Below, in pieces: positions 53,645 to 64,000 of a DNA stretch of 64,000 nt (its first letter is position 1; each line of letters starts with the position of its first letter). This DNA is from Mobula hypostoma. Lineage: Eukaryota. The notes under the pieces were generated by a model. That model saw only the letters and a program-made list of their open reading frames with translations. It did not search any database and was not told the DNA's origin. Position numbers and translations under genes: made by a program. The stretch lies in the NCBI RefSeq assembly GCF_963921235.1, contig NC_086097.1, positions 36,954,001-37,018,000 of the forward strand, given 5' to 3'.

Positions 53645-54328
53645 CTAAGATAGTATTTTCCCTTGTAGGTTCACTAACATGCTGCTCAAGAAATGGATGC
53701 ATTCTATGAAGTCCTCCTCAAGTCTTCCTTGACCAACCTGATTCACCCAATCTATGTGGAAGTTAAAATTCCCCATGACAACTGCCGTTCTGCTCTTACA
53801 AACCTCAGTTATTTCTTGGTTAATCACCTCTGCCACTGCAATATTTTTATTAGGTGGCCTATAGACAACACCCACCAGTGATTTCTTCCCTTTACTATTC
53901 TTAACCTCTACCCAGATGGACTCAACATTCTGCTCTGTAGATCTTATATCGTCTCTCCCAATGGCCCTGATCTCATCCTTAATCAAGAGCGCCGCCCCAC
54001 CTCCTCTGCCTTCCTGCCCATCTTTCCGTATTACCTGATACCCTTGGATATTTAATTCCCAGTCATCTCCACCTTGCAACCAGGTTTCTGTAATGGCCAC
54101 TAAATCATATGCTTTGGTACTGATCTGTGCCACAACTTCACTAACCTTGTCTCTAACATGGCGGGCATTTAGATAAAGCGCCCTTATACTCATTGTCCTT
54201 TTAGAATCTAGTGACCTGTGCAATTTTTGCTTTTTACTTTTATGCACTCTACTCTTACTTTTTTCTTCACTAACTCTAGCTTTGGTCTCTGCCATCACTT
54301 CCCCCTTCTTTTCTGTGTGGGTTCCCAT
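53645..54328 (-). pseudogene. CR1 ORF2 AP-like (EEP) endonuclease domain
   Basis: LYLNAR, AITETWL, VYRPP, GNFN (GDFN mutated); frameshift downstream. Confidence 0.85.
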
Positions 54329-54340
54329 CCCCCTGCCGTA

Positions 54341-54975
54341 TTAGTTTAAAGCTTCCCCAACAGCACTAGCAAACAATCTCCCTAGGACATTGATCCCGGC
54401 CCTGCCCAGATGTAAACCGTCCAGATGGTACTGGTCCCACCTGCCCCAGAAGCAGCTCCAATGCCCCAAGAATCTGAAACCCTCCCTCCTGCACCACTGT
54501 TCAAGCCATATATTCATTCTAGCTGTGCTGCTATTCCAACTCTGGCTAGCACATGGCACCAGTAATAATCCTGAAATGATTACCTTTGAGGTCCTATTCT
54601 TTAATTTATCTCCTAGCTCCCTAAATTCAGCCTGTAGGACCTCATCCCGCTTTCTTCCTCTATCGTTAGTACCTACGTGCACCACGACAACTGGCTGCTC
54701 ATCTTCCCCTTTCAGAATGCCCTGCAGCCTCTCTGAGACATCTCTGACCCTTGCACCCGGGAGGCAACACACCATATGGGAGTCCCATTTGCAGCCACAG
54801 AAGCTCCTCTCTATTCCCTTTACCATGGAATCCCCTACCACAACAGCTCCACCACTCTTTTTCTTGCCCTCATGCACAGCAGAGCCACCCATGGTGCCAT
54901 GATCCTGGCTACTGCTGCCTTCACCTGATGGGCCATCTCCCCCAACAGACTCCAAAGCGGTATATCCAGAGCATT
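54341..54975 (-). CDS. CR1 ORF1 SGNH/GDSL esterase-like domain (5' truncated, open)
   Basis: VVVGDSMV, CLPGARV, VHVGTND and DGLHL motifs in one frame. Confidence 0.8.
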
Positions 54976-55477
54976 TGTTGTTGGCGTGGTCACAATGGCT
55001 GTCCACGGAGGAGAGCATTAGGGAAGACTAGTTGCGCTCTTCCCTCCCTTCCCCTTGCTCTTCCTTTCCCTTCTCTTTCTCTGATGTTTTTTTCCCTGTG
55101 ATTCTGCTGCAATAGTTGAGCCCTCAATAGATTGAGTCTGAGCAGTTTATAGTAAGACTGCAAAAATCATAATGCCCTTTCTGTGAACGTACATTGTATG
55201 AGCATGCCAAAACTCCTCTAATATTATCTTTCTCGTTCTCGCTGACAGACTGCACTTGGAAGAGAATGCTTCCTGCTGCTCCTTTGTCTGGGGGTGACAG
55301 GTTTGTGCAGAACTTTGAAACCAAGTCAAATTCCTTACACATCTGGCTCAGCACTCCCTGCAGGGTTGAGCAACTTTAAAGGACTCTGGAGAGTAACAAT
55401 ACATTGAGCTACTGCAGGACAGCCAGTAGGAGAGAATCAGCAACCAACCTGATTTATAATAAAAGCAATAAATATGA

Positions 55478-56085
55478 TAAAGATGCTGGAAATCCAAAGC
55501 AACACTTAGAAAATGCTGGAGGAACTCAGCAGGTCAGGAAGCATCTGTGGAAAACAGCCGACATTTCGGGCCGAGAGCCTTCTTCAGGACTAAAAAAGAA
55601 CAGGTGAAAGTGGGGGGGGGGGGAGGTAAGAGGCTAGTTGGAAGGTGATAGGTGAAGCCAGGTGGGTGGGAAAGGTCAAGGGCTGGAGAAGAAAGAATCT
55701 GATAGGAGAGGAGAGTGGACAACAGGAGAAAGGGAAGGAGAAGGGACCCAGGAAGAAGTAATAGGCAGGTGAGAAGAAGTAAAAGGTCAGAGTGGGGAAT
55801 AGAGGGAGGGGTGGGCAGGGTATATTTGTTCACCAAAAGGAGAAATTGATATTCATGCCATCTGGTTGGAGGCTACCCAGATGGAATACAAGGTCTTGCT
55901 TCTCCACCCTGAGGGTGGCCTCACCTTGGCACAAGAGGAGGCCACAGATCAACACGTCAGAACAGGAATGGGAATCAGAATTTAAATGTTTGGCCACCAG
56001 GAAGTCACACTTGTGGCAGTTTGTACAGAGGTGCTTGACGAAGGGTCCCCCCAATTTACAACAAGTGTCACCAATGTAGAGGAGA
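55478..56085 (-). mobile_element. Penelope-like element 3' part with GIY-YIG fragment
   Basis: ORF 55830-56123 LLYIGDT...VAKHLNSDSH...LGSLQPDGMNINF. Confidence 0.85.
55555..55592 (-). ncRNA. Minimal type I hammerhead motif
   Basis: UAGUC-CUGAAGA-AGGCUCUCGGCCC-GAAAU-GUC|GGCUG; stem I pairs with G-U wobbles. Confidence 0.6.
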
Positions 56086-57389
56086 GTATTTAGCCTCAAA
56101 TAGCCCTTGCTATTGCTGGACATAAGTCCAATTGAAAAAGATTAAAGAGGGTACTATCTGGAAGGTTGCATTCCTCTTTAATGGAATGGGCATCAAATCA
56201 GAATTGGATTCATGGATTTCATACTTTGCTCACTTCCAGCAGCATTAGCATCATGTTTGCTAACACTTTTCCCAATATGGCAGCCAGAACAATTTGGAAT
56301 ACAGGCATGCCTCTGCATTAATCGCCATTTCAGAATCAATTCAGCACCCTTCACAGAAAAATAATGAACATCTTGTGCAGTGCATTTTCAGCTTTTCTGC
56401 CACATCAATTGCGTCATAATCTGAATAGGTCCAGAGGAATAGAAGTTGTACAGAACATATACCAGATCACATTGTTTCTGGAGCCATCTGGATAGAAAAG
56501 TATTCTTCAAACTTCGTTATAGCGGCAAAACTAATCTGAAGTCAAAACAAAATATTTTCCACTTGCCTGCAACTGTACGGACTGTTATACTTGCATGACA
56601 CACCCACAGCTCCAACGATTGCTCCAAAAGTTGAATCCTTTATTTGATCCTTGATTAGCATTATTGAATGTCATCTCAGCAGTCAGCAAAAGATACAACT
56701 TCCACTCATCTCAAGCTACAAACTGCCGCAAAATAAGCAAGAATACGTAACTTATTCCCTTCACTTTTACAACATCCCCACACATGTGATTAGTTACCAT
56801 AATAAACGTAACAAGCATGCAATAAGAATACAAGCAGAGAGAGAACAGTTATGGCTCCTACATTCTCCTTAACTTCTCCAACTCTTCCTTTAATAAAACT
56901 TTTTTCATTCCCAATTTGGTATGCATTAGAAACAAACTTTGCACTTTTAGCACTGAAATATTTGCAACAATTTACAAACTTGTTCATATAAATGAAAAGA
57001 GTTAGTGCACTCAGGAATGCCAAGAAGTAACCTAAATCAAATGGCTGACCACAGTGACAGTTCTTCTGATAAATTTGCTATCAAACCAAATACTTCCAGG
57101 GAGTTTGATGTACTGGAGAATAACAACCTAAGCTATACATAGAATTGTTAAAACAAGGGTGGCCAGAATGAAGAGTTAAACCATTGCCATTAGCAATAGC
57201 AGTCCAAGTGTGATTTCTATAGCTACTGAAGTTGTGGTGACGTTGCTCTCAATGCCTCCAACCTTCAACATCTTTCGTATCAGTGCCCTTCTCAATATGG
57301 CTGCTGACTCAACCTGCACTACAAGATCATTCCAGAATTTCACTACTTGCTGTTTCTGGGTGGTTGAATGATACTGAGACAGAAGGAGG

Positions 57390-57697
57390 CCATCTAAAGT
57401 GGAACGGTAGGGCACTGAGGAGTGTGGTAGAACAAAGGGATCTGAGAACACAGGTCTGTAATTCGTTGAAAGTGGCATTATAGGTATGTAGGGTCATAAG
57501 TATAGCTTTTGGCACTTTGGTCTTCATAAGTCAAAGAATTGAGTACAGGCATTGGGATGTTATGTTGAAGTTGTATAAGACATTGGTGAGGCTAATTTGG
57601 AAGATTGTGTGCAGTTTTAGTCACCTACCTACAGGAAAGATGTAAATAAGGTTGAAAGAGTACAGAGAAAATTTACAAGGATGTTGCCAGGTCTGAG
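57390..57697 (+). mobile_element. CR1 LINE fragment
   Basis: NGRALRSVVEQRDL; LYKTLVR...CVQF. Confidence 0.8.
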
Positions 57698-57995
57698 GCA
57701 GCAAGAAGTATAGACAGAGTCCATAGAGGGAAGGGTGGCTTCTGTGATGTGCTGAGCTTTGTCCACAGCTCTTTGCTGTTTCTTGTAATCATTTGCAGAG
57801 CAGTTTCCAAACCTTATGTATTCAGACAGGGTGCTTTCTAAGGTGCATCAATAAAAATTGGTAAGAGTCAACAGGAACGTTCAAAATTTCTTCAGCTTCC
57901 TGAGAAAGTAGAGATGTTGGTGAGCTTTCTTGACTATGACGTTAATGTGTTTAGACCAGGACAGGCTATTGGTGATGGTCACACCAAGGATTTAG
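57698..57995 (-). mobile_element. Rex1-like LINE fragment
   Basis: Homologous to 1850-2165; tttcttcagcttcctgagaaagtagag. Confidence 0.7.
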
Positions 57996-58117
57996 AACAT
58001 AGGAACACCTGGAGAATATTAGATTTCTTTGCATATACAAATAGGGCAATAGATATTTGTTTTATATACACCTTACAAAATTAGTTTGTCCTAAAGGTAG
58101 CAATGAGGTGCCTTTAA

Positions 58118-58410
58118 ATCATCATCATCATTATGTGCTATTTTGTATGACATAGGTGATTGTGTCTATATCCATGATTGTCCTTTGGAAATACCGCAGA
58201 AGTGGTTTGCCATTGCCTTCTTCTGGGCAGTGTCTTTACAAGACAGTGACTCCCGTCATCCTCAGGGATTGTCTGCCTGGCCTCAGTGGTTGGATAATCA
58301 GTATGTGATATGCACCATCTGCTCATACAACCATTCACCATGGCTTCACATGACTCTGATCAGTTGGGGGGGGGTGATAAGCAGGCGATACACCTTGCCC
58401 AAGGGTGACT
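58118..58410 (-). mobile_element. SINE with RTE/BovB-type tail and (GAT)n end
   Basis: Minus strand gaaggcaatggcaaaccacttctg (RTE/Sauria-SINE-type tail motif) and a terminal gatgatgatgat. Confidence 0.55.
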
Positions 58411-58608
58411 CTCTAGCTCTTCTGCTGATTGCTTCGCCATACTACAAAGAAAGCTACCCATAGATCGGTGGTGTACGAATTCAAATGCCTTTTATCCACA
58501 AGCATTTAGGGAAATTCCAGCAGCTTTCTGCAGCTCACTAGACTGATGCAAATATTAGGCAAGGCTCGAGTCTTTCATAGGCTGGTATTGAACGAGGCTT
58601 GACTCTAA

Positions 58609-58741
58609 ACAAGAGAAAATCTGCAGATGCTGGAAATCCGAGCCACACACACAGAATACTGGAGGAACTCAGCAGGCCAGGCAGCATCTAGGAAAAATGT
58701 ACAGTCGACGTTTTGGGCCGAAACCCTTCGGCAGGACTGAA
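58609..58741 (-). mobile_element. 133-bp Penelope pLTR-only insertion with 11-bp TSD
   Basis: Perfect TSD cttgactctaa at 58598-58608 and 58742-58752; degenerate hammerhead at 58702-58739. Confidence 0.85.
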
Positions 58742-61356
58742 CTTGACTCTAACTTAGGCTGCTACTGGGGAAGGCTTGAATCTACCTCTAGCCAGCATGG
58801 GAGTTCTTCAAAGCCTGTCCTGCAAACAATAGATGATTCTTCATACAGTTTGCTAAGATGCAAACAACAATCCCATTAAGGAAATAGTTTTCTCATTGTG
58901 AACAGACCTTCCGTTTGCCAAATATTATTCATCACCTCTCTGCACTCTGATTGAAGCAGAAGTGAACAGAGCTTTGGCTTTAGAATCTGCTGTTCTTATT
59001 TTTGTGTGCTGTGGACAGGTTTGTCAGTGATGCCACTGCCGGGTTATGTGGGAGAGTGACAGTTGGAATCTGACTTGCTTCATTCCACATGCAGCGGATC
59101 ATGCATGTGGCTTCCACAATTGGAAACAGTAATAAATGGTGCAATGAGTCACTGTCTTCCTGGAAAACATTACCTTAGCAACCTAAACCCATGTGACTTA
59201 AAAAGAGGCCAATTTGTCAGTTGATATCCAGCCTCAGAATCTGGACTAATAAAGCAGTCAAGCACCAACTCCCTTGAAATTATATTTGGATCTAAATAAA
59301 TTTCTATAAAAGCAAGAATTTATGTTTTTCATGATTTTTTAAAAGATATTTATACAATTCACTGCACTTGAAGACCACTGACAAAAAATAATGCAAATAA
59401 TGGCCTGAAAAGTGGAGGATTTGAAGATCACCACATGACACAAGTGCCAGGAATGATTCAAAAATAATCCAGTGAATGATATAAAAATTGATACAGTTTG
59501 ATGCGGTTAATCATTTTTTTTCAGGAGAAATGTTACTTTTAATCAACAAACTGAAATGTATGTCTAAATTGTTGATATAGGTTCTGTCTGCTGCAATACA
59601 AGCAAAACTTGCTTTCAAAATATTTGCTCCTCCTTTAACTACTGGAGAAAATAAGACAGGCAGGCACCCAACTTCTAGACCCCAGCAATGCCATTTTGAA
59701 ACCAGGCACTAATATGAGATCTGTAAAGCTATTCTGAATTAGCAGCTTGCTTACTTTCTTGTGTTACAGAGCTATAATGCAAACCCAAACCAGATGGATG
59801 ACTAATAGAGGACATTTCTGGATTAGATTGTTACAATCCAAATAATTACAAACACATTGATGCATGAGGCAAAAATATTCCACCGTGTAGGTACATCTTA
59901 CAATGATTGAAGGTGACCTCTTTTATTAAGACTACTTAAAGGAACAGTAAGGGGTATGTTTTAACTCTGTTCATTAATTTTTTTTTAGAAACTAGTGTTC
60001 TGCACTTCACATGGAAATTAGCACCCAGGAGGTGGATATGAACTGAATGAGGTGATTAGAACATTATTCCTTTCACTACAAGGCGATATTTTATCACATT
60101 CCTGTCAGACCTTCAATCACAGTCTTGGTACAAAATAATAACTTAATAAAACACAATGCACATTTAGAATGAAAATTAAGCAAAATAAACAAAATATATA
60201 GGTGTATATTATATATAAATTATATAAATAATTATATGTATATTGTATATATAATATAAATGTTATATATAAAATGTTTAAAGTATCGAAAGCATTTGGA
60301 CTTTGCAATTCGTTTAGATGATCCCAGCCAACAGGAATATAAAAGACTATTAGAAATAAGAGTAGTTCATTCAGTCAATTGTGCCTGCACTGCCATTCAG
60401 TGAGACTACAGTAGGGCTAATGCAATCTTTTACCCCAGTTCCACATTCCTGCACTAACCCCATATCCTTTGACTCCCGTAATGCTCACCAACTGTATCAG
60501 AACTGCAAACTGACAGAAATTACCTGACAGAAAACCAATAGAAACTAAGAATTCAGTTGAGTTTATTAAACTGTTATGCCATCTGATTGAGAACGCTTCC
60601 ATGCATCTTTCATAAAGTGAACAACTCCTGCCTTCTAATAAAGTGCACGAAATACAGAAATATGCTCATCTAATAGGAATCACCACCGCTGAAAAGCTAA
60701 GATTACTGATACGTTGCTTCCTTCCTCTGTGTGGCATTGAACCAAAAATAAACCACAAAATGCATGCATACTGGATTAATCCATAGGAACCACAATATCA
60801 ACATATGGGGAATGAAAAGAGAACGTCTTTCAAGGAGTTGGTGCTTCGCTGTGCAAGAATATATTTTAAGTGATATGAAAGTGCTCTGCTATGATTCAGG
60901 AGACTAACCCTGCCCTCTCATTACATGATCCCTATTGTGTAGCTACTTAGCTCTGTTTATTAGCTCCAGTTATATTTTCAAACAAGTTTCCATTACTAAC
61001 ATGCAAGGCTATACATCTCACTGAAAAGCAAAATGATATCTTGCCGGATCTTCTATTTCATTTCCTGCTCATTGAACTTCAACGGTTTCTAAACCAATCC
61101 AAATCAGCAATGCTGTGCTCCTGAGAAGTAAATAAATCCACAGTATCTTTGGGACCGGAGCCACGATATATTGCGTGAATACATTCTGAAAATAAACAAC
61201 CAATTGATGTCTTTCTCTTGTAGAATGTGTCACAATCCTATCAAAGAAAACTGTCATTTGAATGTTTGTCACTGAGTGCATTTGTAAAATTTTTCACAAT
61301 CAGTGAAAGGTAATTTATTGGGTCAATCCATTAAATAATGTTTGTATTCAATTATA

Positions 61357-61845
61357 ATCACAGAAGCATGTTGATCCATGGCCTCCTCTTGAACCAAGAT
61401 GAGGCCATACTCAGGGTGGAGGAGCAACACTTTATATTCCATCTGGGTTGCCTCCAACCTGGTGGTATGAATATTGATTTCTCATTCCGGTAAAATAATT
61501 CTCTCCCCCTCCCCTCTTCTTCTATGCCCCACTCTGGCCTTTTACCTCTTCTCACCTCCCTATCACTACTCCCTGGGCACCCTCCTCCTTCCCTTTCTCC
61601 TATGGTCCACTCTCCTCTCCTATCAGGTTCCTTCTTCTCCAGCCCTTGACCTTTTCCACCCAACTGGTTTCACCCATCACCTTCCAGTCAGCCTCCTTCC
61701 CCTACCCCTACCTTTTTATTCTGACATCTTTCCCCTTCCTTCTCAGTCCTGAAGAAGGGTCTCGGCCCAAAACGTTGACAGTTTATTCATTTCCACAGAT
61801 GCTGCCTGACCTGCTGAGTTCCCCCACCATTTTGTGTGTGAAGCA
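61357..61845 (+). mobile_element. Older Penelope 3' part (GIY-YIG end plus pLTR)
   Basis: VEEQHFIFHLGCLQPGGMNIDF; CTGAAGA...cccaaaacgttgac hammerhead remnant at 61745-61780. Confidence 0.85.
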
Positions 61846-62739
61846 TACAGCATGTTTCTCAAAATACTTGCAGGATTTCTCTATCATTCCAAATATATTT
61901 CAGCCTTTATTCTTAAATGTCATGCACTAAAATGGAATTGAAACAACAAATTAATAGGGAACTTGAAAATTCGTTCCTAACACTGAAATTTATATTTTAT
62001 ATATATTTGTAAAATAAATATAAACGTGAAGCTTTATCAACTGAGCATGCCATTTTCCCAATGCTTCATAGCATTCTGCTTTTGAGTGGCGAACAAGTAC
62101 CTCAGCCCCTCTCCAATCAATAAGAGACAGAAGAGATTGCAGATCCTGTAACCTGGAACAAAATCAAACTGCTGGAGGAACTCAATACAGTTGAACTACT
62201 GGGTTACTCCAGCTGATTTTTTGCTCCGACCAACAAGAACCCGGCTGAATATCCTCTTAAGGGTGCATTTGCAGTCAAGCTCCAGTGTCAGAAGACTAGA
62301 GTGAAAGACTGGAGCCCTTCAATTAAAACGAGACAGGCAATCTGATAAATTTAAAGAAAAAGTGGTAGATAATTGTATAATGCACTGAAATAATTTTCAT
62401 TGCTGGTAAATTTTACACTCAGCTGCATTGAATTCTGAGTATTGCTGTATCTATACGCACAAATATATGCTCTCTCACATAGACAGGCAATTAAGATAGA
62501 ACGTCTAGAGATTCAAGTTACTTGAAACCAGGCAAATCAGGTTGCTCTTTGGCAGAGTTGATATAAATTAATTTCCACGTCTCAAAGTGAACTTAGAAGT
62601 GAATTGTACTCAGTCCATCCTTTTAGTGTACCCTAATTCCCCCAATCTCATTCCCTATAAGAAAAACCTTAATCTGTTTCACATGCTACCACTGATAATT
62701 CAGTTGGCATTACAAGGCACAGGCAATGAAAACTGTATG

Positions 62740-63233
62740 TACACTCAGTGGCCACTTTATCAGGTACTCACTGTGCCCAATAAAGTAGCTACTGAGTGTT
62801 TGTTCATGGCTCTCTGCAGCCATAGCCCGTCTACTTTAAGGTTCAGCACACTGTGCATTCAGAAATGCTTTTCTGCACACCACTGCTGTAACACATGGTT
62901 ACTTGAGTTATTGTCACCTTGCATTTTTGTACACAGAACTGCTGCTCACAGGATTTTTTTTGTTAGTTTTCACACCATTCTCTGTAAACTCTACAGACTG
63001 GTATGTGTGAACATCCCAGGAGATCAGCAGTTTTTGAGATACTCAAACCACTGTGTGTGGCAAATTCCACAGTCAAAGTCACATAGATCACGTTTCTCCC
63101 CAAGTCTGAGCAACAACTGAACCTCGTGATATGTCTTCGAGCTTTTATGCATTGAGATGCTACCTTGTGATTGGCTGATTCAATATTTGCATTAATGAGC
63201 AGATGAACAGATGTGAAGTGGCCATCCAGTGTA
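62740..63233 (-). mobile_element. Tc1-like deletion derivative with extra internal TIR
   Basis: TIRs tacactcagtggccactttat / aagtggccatccagtgta flanked by TA; homologous to 5631-6160. Confidence 0.8.
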
Positions 63234-64000
63234 TACTCTGTTCAGGCCAGAAAACATATGTACATTTATAAGACATCTTCATTCAAATGATTCCACATGA
63301 AGCAGGATATATTTCAGTCTCAAGCAGTCTGTTCTGAAGGGAAGAAATCTACTTGTAAACTTCCGTTGAAGTACATGTATGCTGAAAATAGCAGGTGGCA
63401 GAATGATGTCTAATGGAGCGTACATAGGTGTGTCTTTCATGTTAACAGAATGCAAACTGTTGTCAGCAAGGTACCAAAAAGATAAATCTGAAACTCCCCG
63501 GAGGTGACAACAGGTCAAAAGCATTTTCTAGATTGTTCTCTGCAAGCAGGTAAAGGGCACATTAAAACACCAACACAATTTTTAAGTGAATTCCATTTTT
63601 AGAATGTCATATTGTTCCTTGCTCCTCTTTACAGTGAAATGCTGAGGACGGATAAAATAACATGCTGAACTATTGCTTTCCACCATTAATCCCTTGGGAC
63701 ATTGCAGGGCAGCGATGAAGTTACTGGTGTCATTGACCTCAGTCATATTACATGCAGTAATTTCCTTCACATCATAATCAAACTAATTTGAGAAACAATT
63801 CTGAGTCTGCATATGTTGATCTTCGAATGTTCCATGAAATGTAAATCACATTTTCAGAGAATCCTGTGGAATTATCTATCTTCTATTCCAGTGACTTTCG
63901 TTGTGTAAATATTATCAAACTCCTGAAGGTCTCTGAGAAAACACTTACACACACTGACTGGGACCCAGGAAAACTAAGGATATCAAGAAATATGTGATTA

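Larger units (their letters stand above)
51610..54975 (-). mobile_element. Long CR1 LINE (ORF1 3' part, ORF2 EN and RT; disrupted)
   Basis: SGNH ORF1, EEP endonuclease, LKVDKSPG...YRPVSLTSVVGK, QGSVLG...[18 protein letters not shown]. Confidence 0.95.

Noticed and set aside
54390..54902. 170-aa + strand ORF
   Set aside because: Antisense shadow of the CR1 ORF1 esterase frame
51604..55117. caatagtt as TSD of the long CR1
   Set aside because: The second copy lies more than 100 bp beyond the end of CR1 homology and the CR1 3' end is missing
60195..60275. AT-rich quasi-palindromic tract
   Set aside because: Low-complexity degenerate (TA)n sequence
1357..61845. CRISPR-like or regularly spaced repeat array
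   Set aside because: Repeats are dispersed, in both orientations and TE-derived; there is no repeat-spacer periodicity, and the DNA is eukaryotic
1163..61930. Recurrent short ORFs such as LEMLPGLLRSPATLMCVA or MIGEDRRGRDG
   Set aside because: Translations of non-coding Penelope pLTR sequence, not a gene family
63279..63770. Two minus-strand ORFs of 81 and 62 aa
   Set aside because: No recognisable domain or splice structure; lengths expected by chance

Overview
Eukaryotic (vertebrate) non-coding DNA, most likely intronic or intergenic sequence from a cartilaginous fish, probably a ray; this is inferred from the repeat mix (HE1/V-SINEs, abundant CR1, Penelope and Rex1 families). I could not support any host protein-coding exon, rRNA, true tRNA gene or CRISPR array. 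Roughly half the window is transposable-element debris: CR1 LINEs (one ~3.4 kb copy with SGNH-esterase ORF1, endonuclease and RT remnants), many Rex1/Babar LINE fragments (one young copy with an open RT frame), a young 5'-truncated L1, a Tx1 remnant, about a dozen Penelope-like (GIY-YIG) pieces, V-SINEs, a Deu-domain SINE relic, an RTE-tailed SINE, a full-length decayed Buster-type hAT transposon with three related 58-79-bp MITEs, two Tc1 derivatives and a probable solo LTR. The most interesting signal is in the Penelope pseudo-LTRs, which carry minimal type I hammerhead ribozyme motifs. These include a 188-bp near-perfect palindrome folded back inside the ribozyme core and a 133-bp insertion that is little more than the ribozyme. 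Two V-SINE subfamilies share a head but carry CR1-like versus Rex1-like tails. Several TE-poor stretches are candidate conserved regulatory elements. Family assignments come from motif recognition, not database searches, and most boundaries are approximate unless a TSD or TIR is given.
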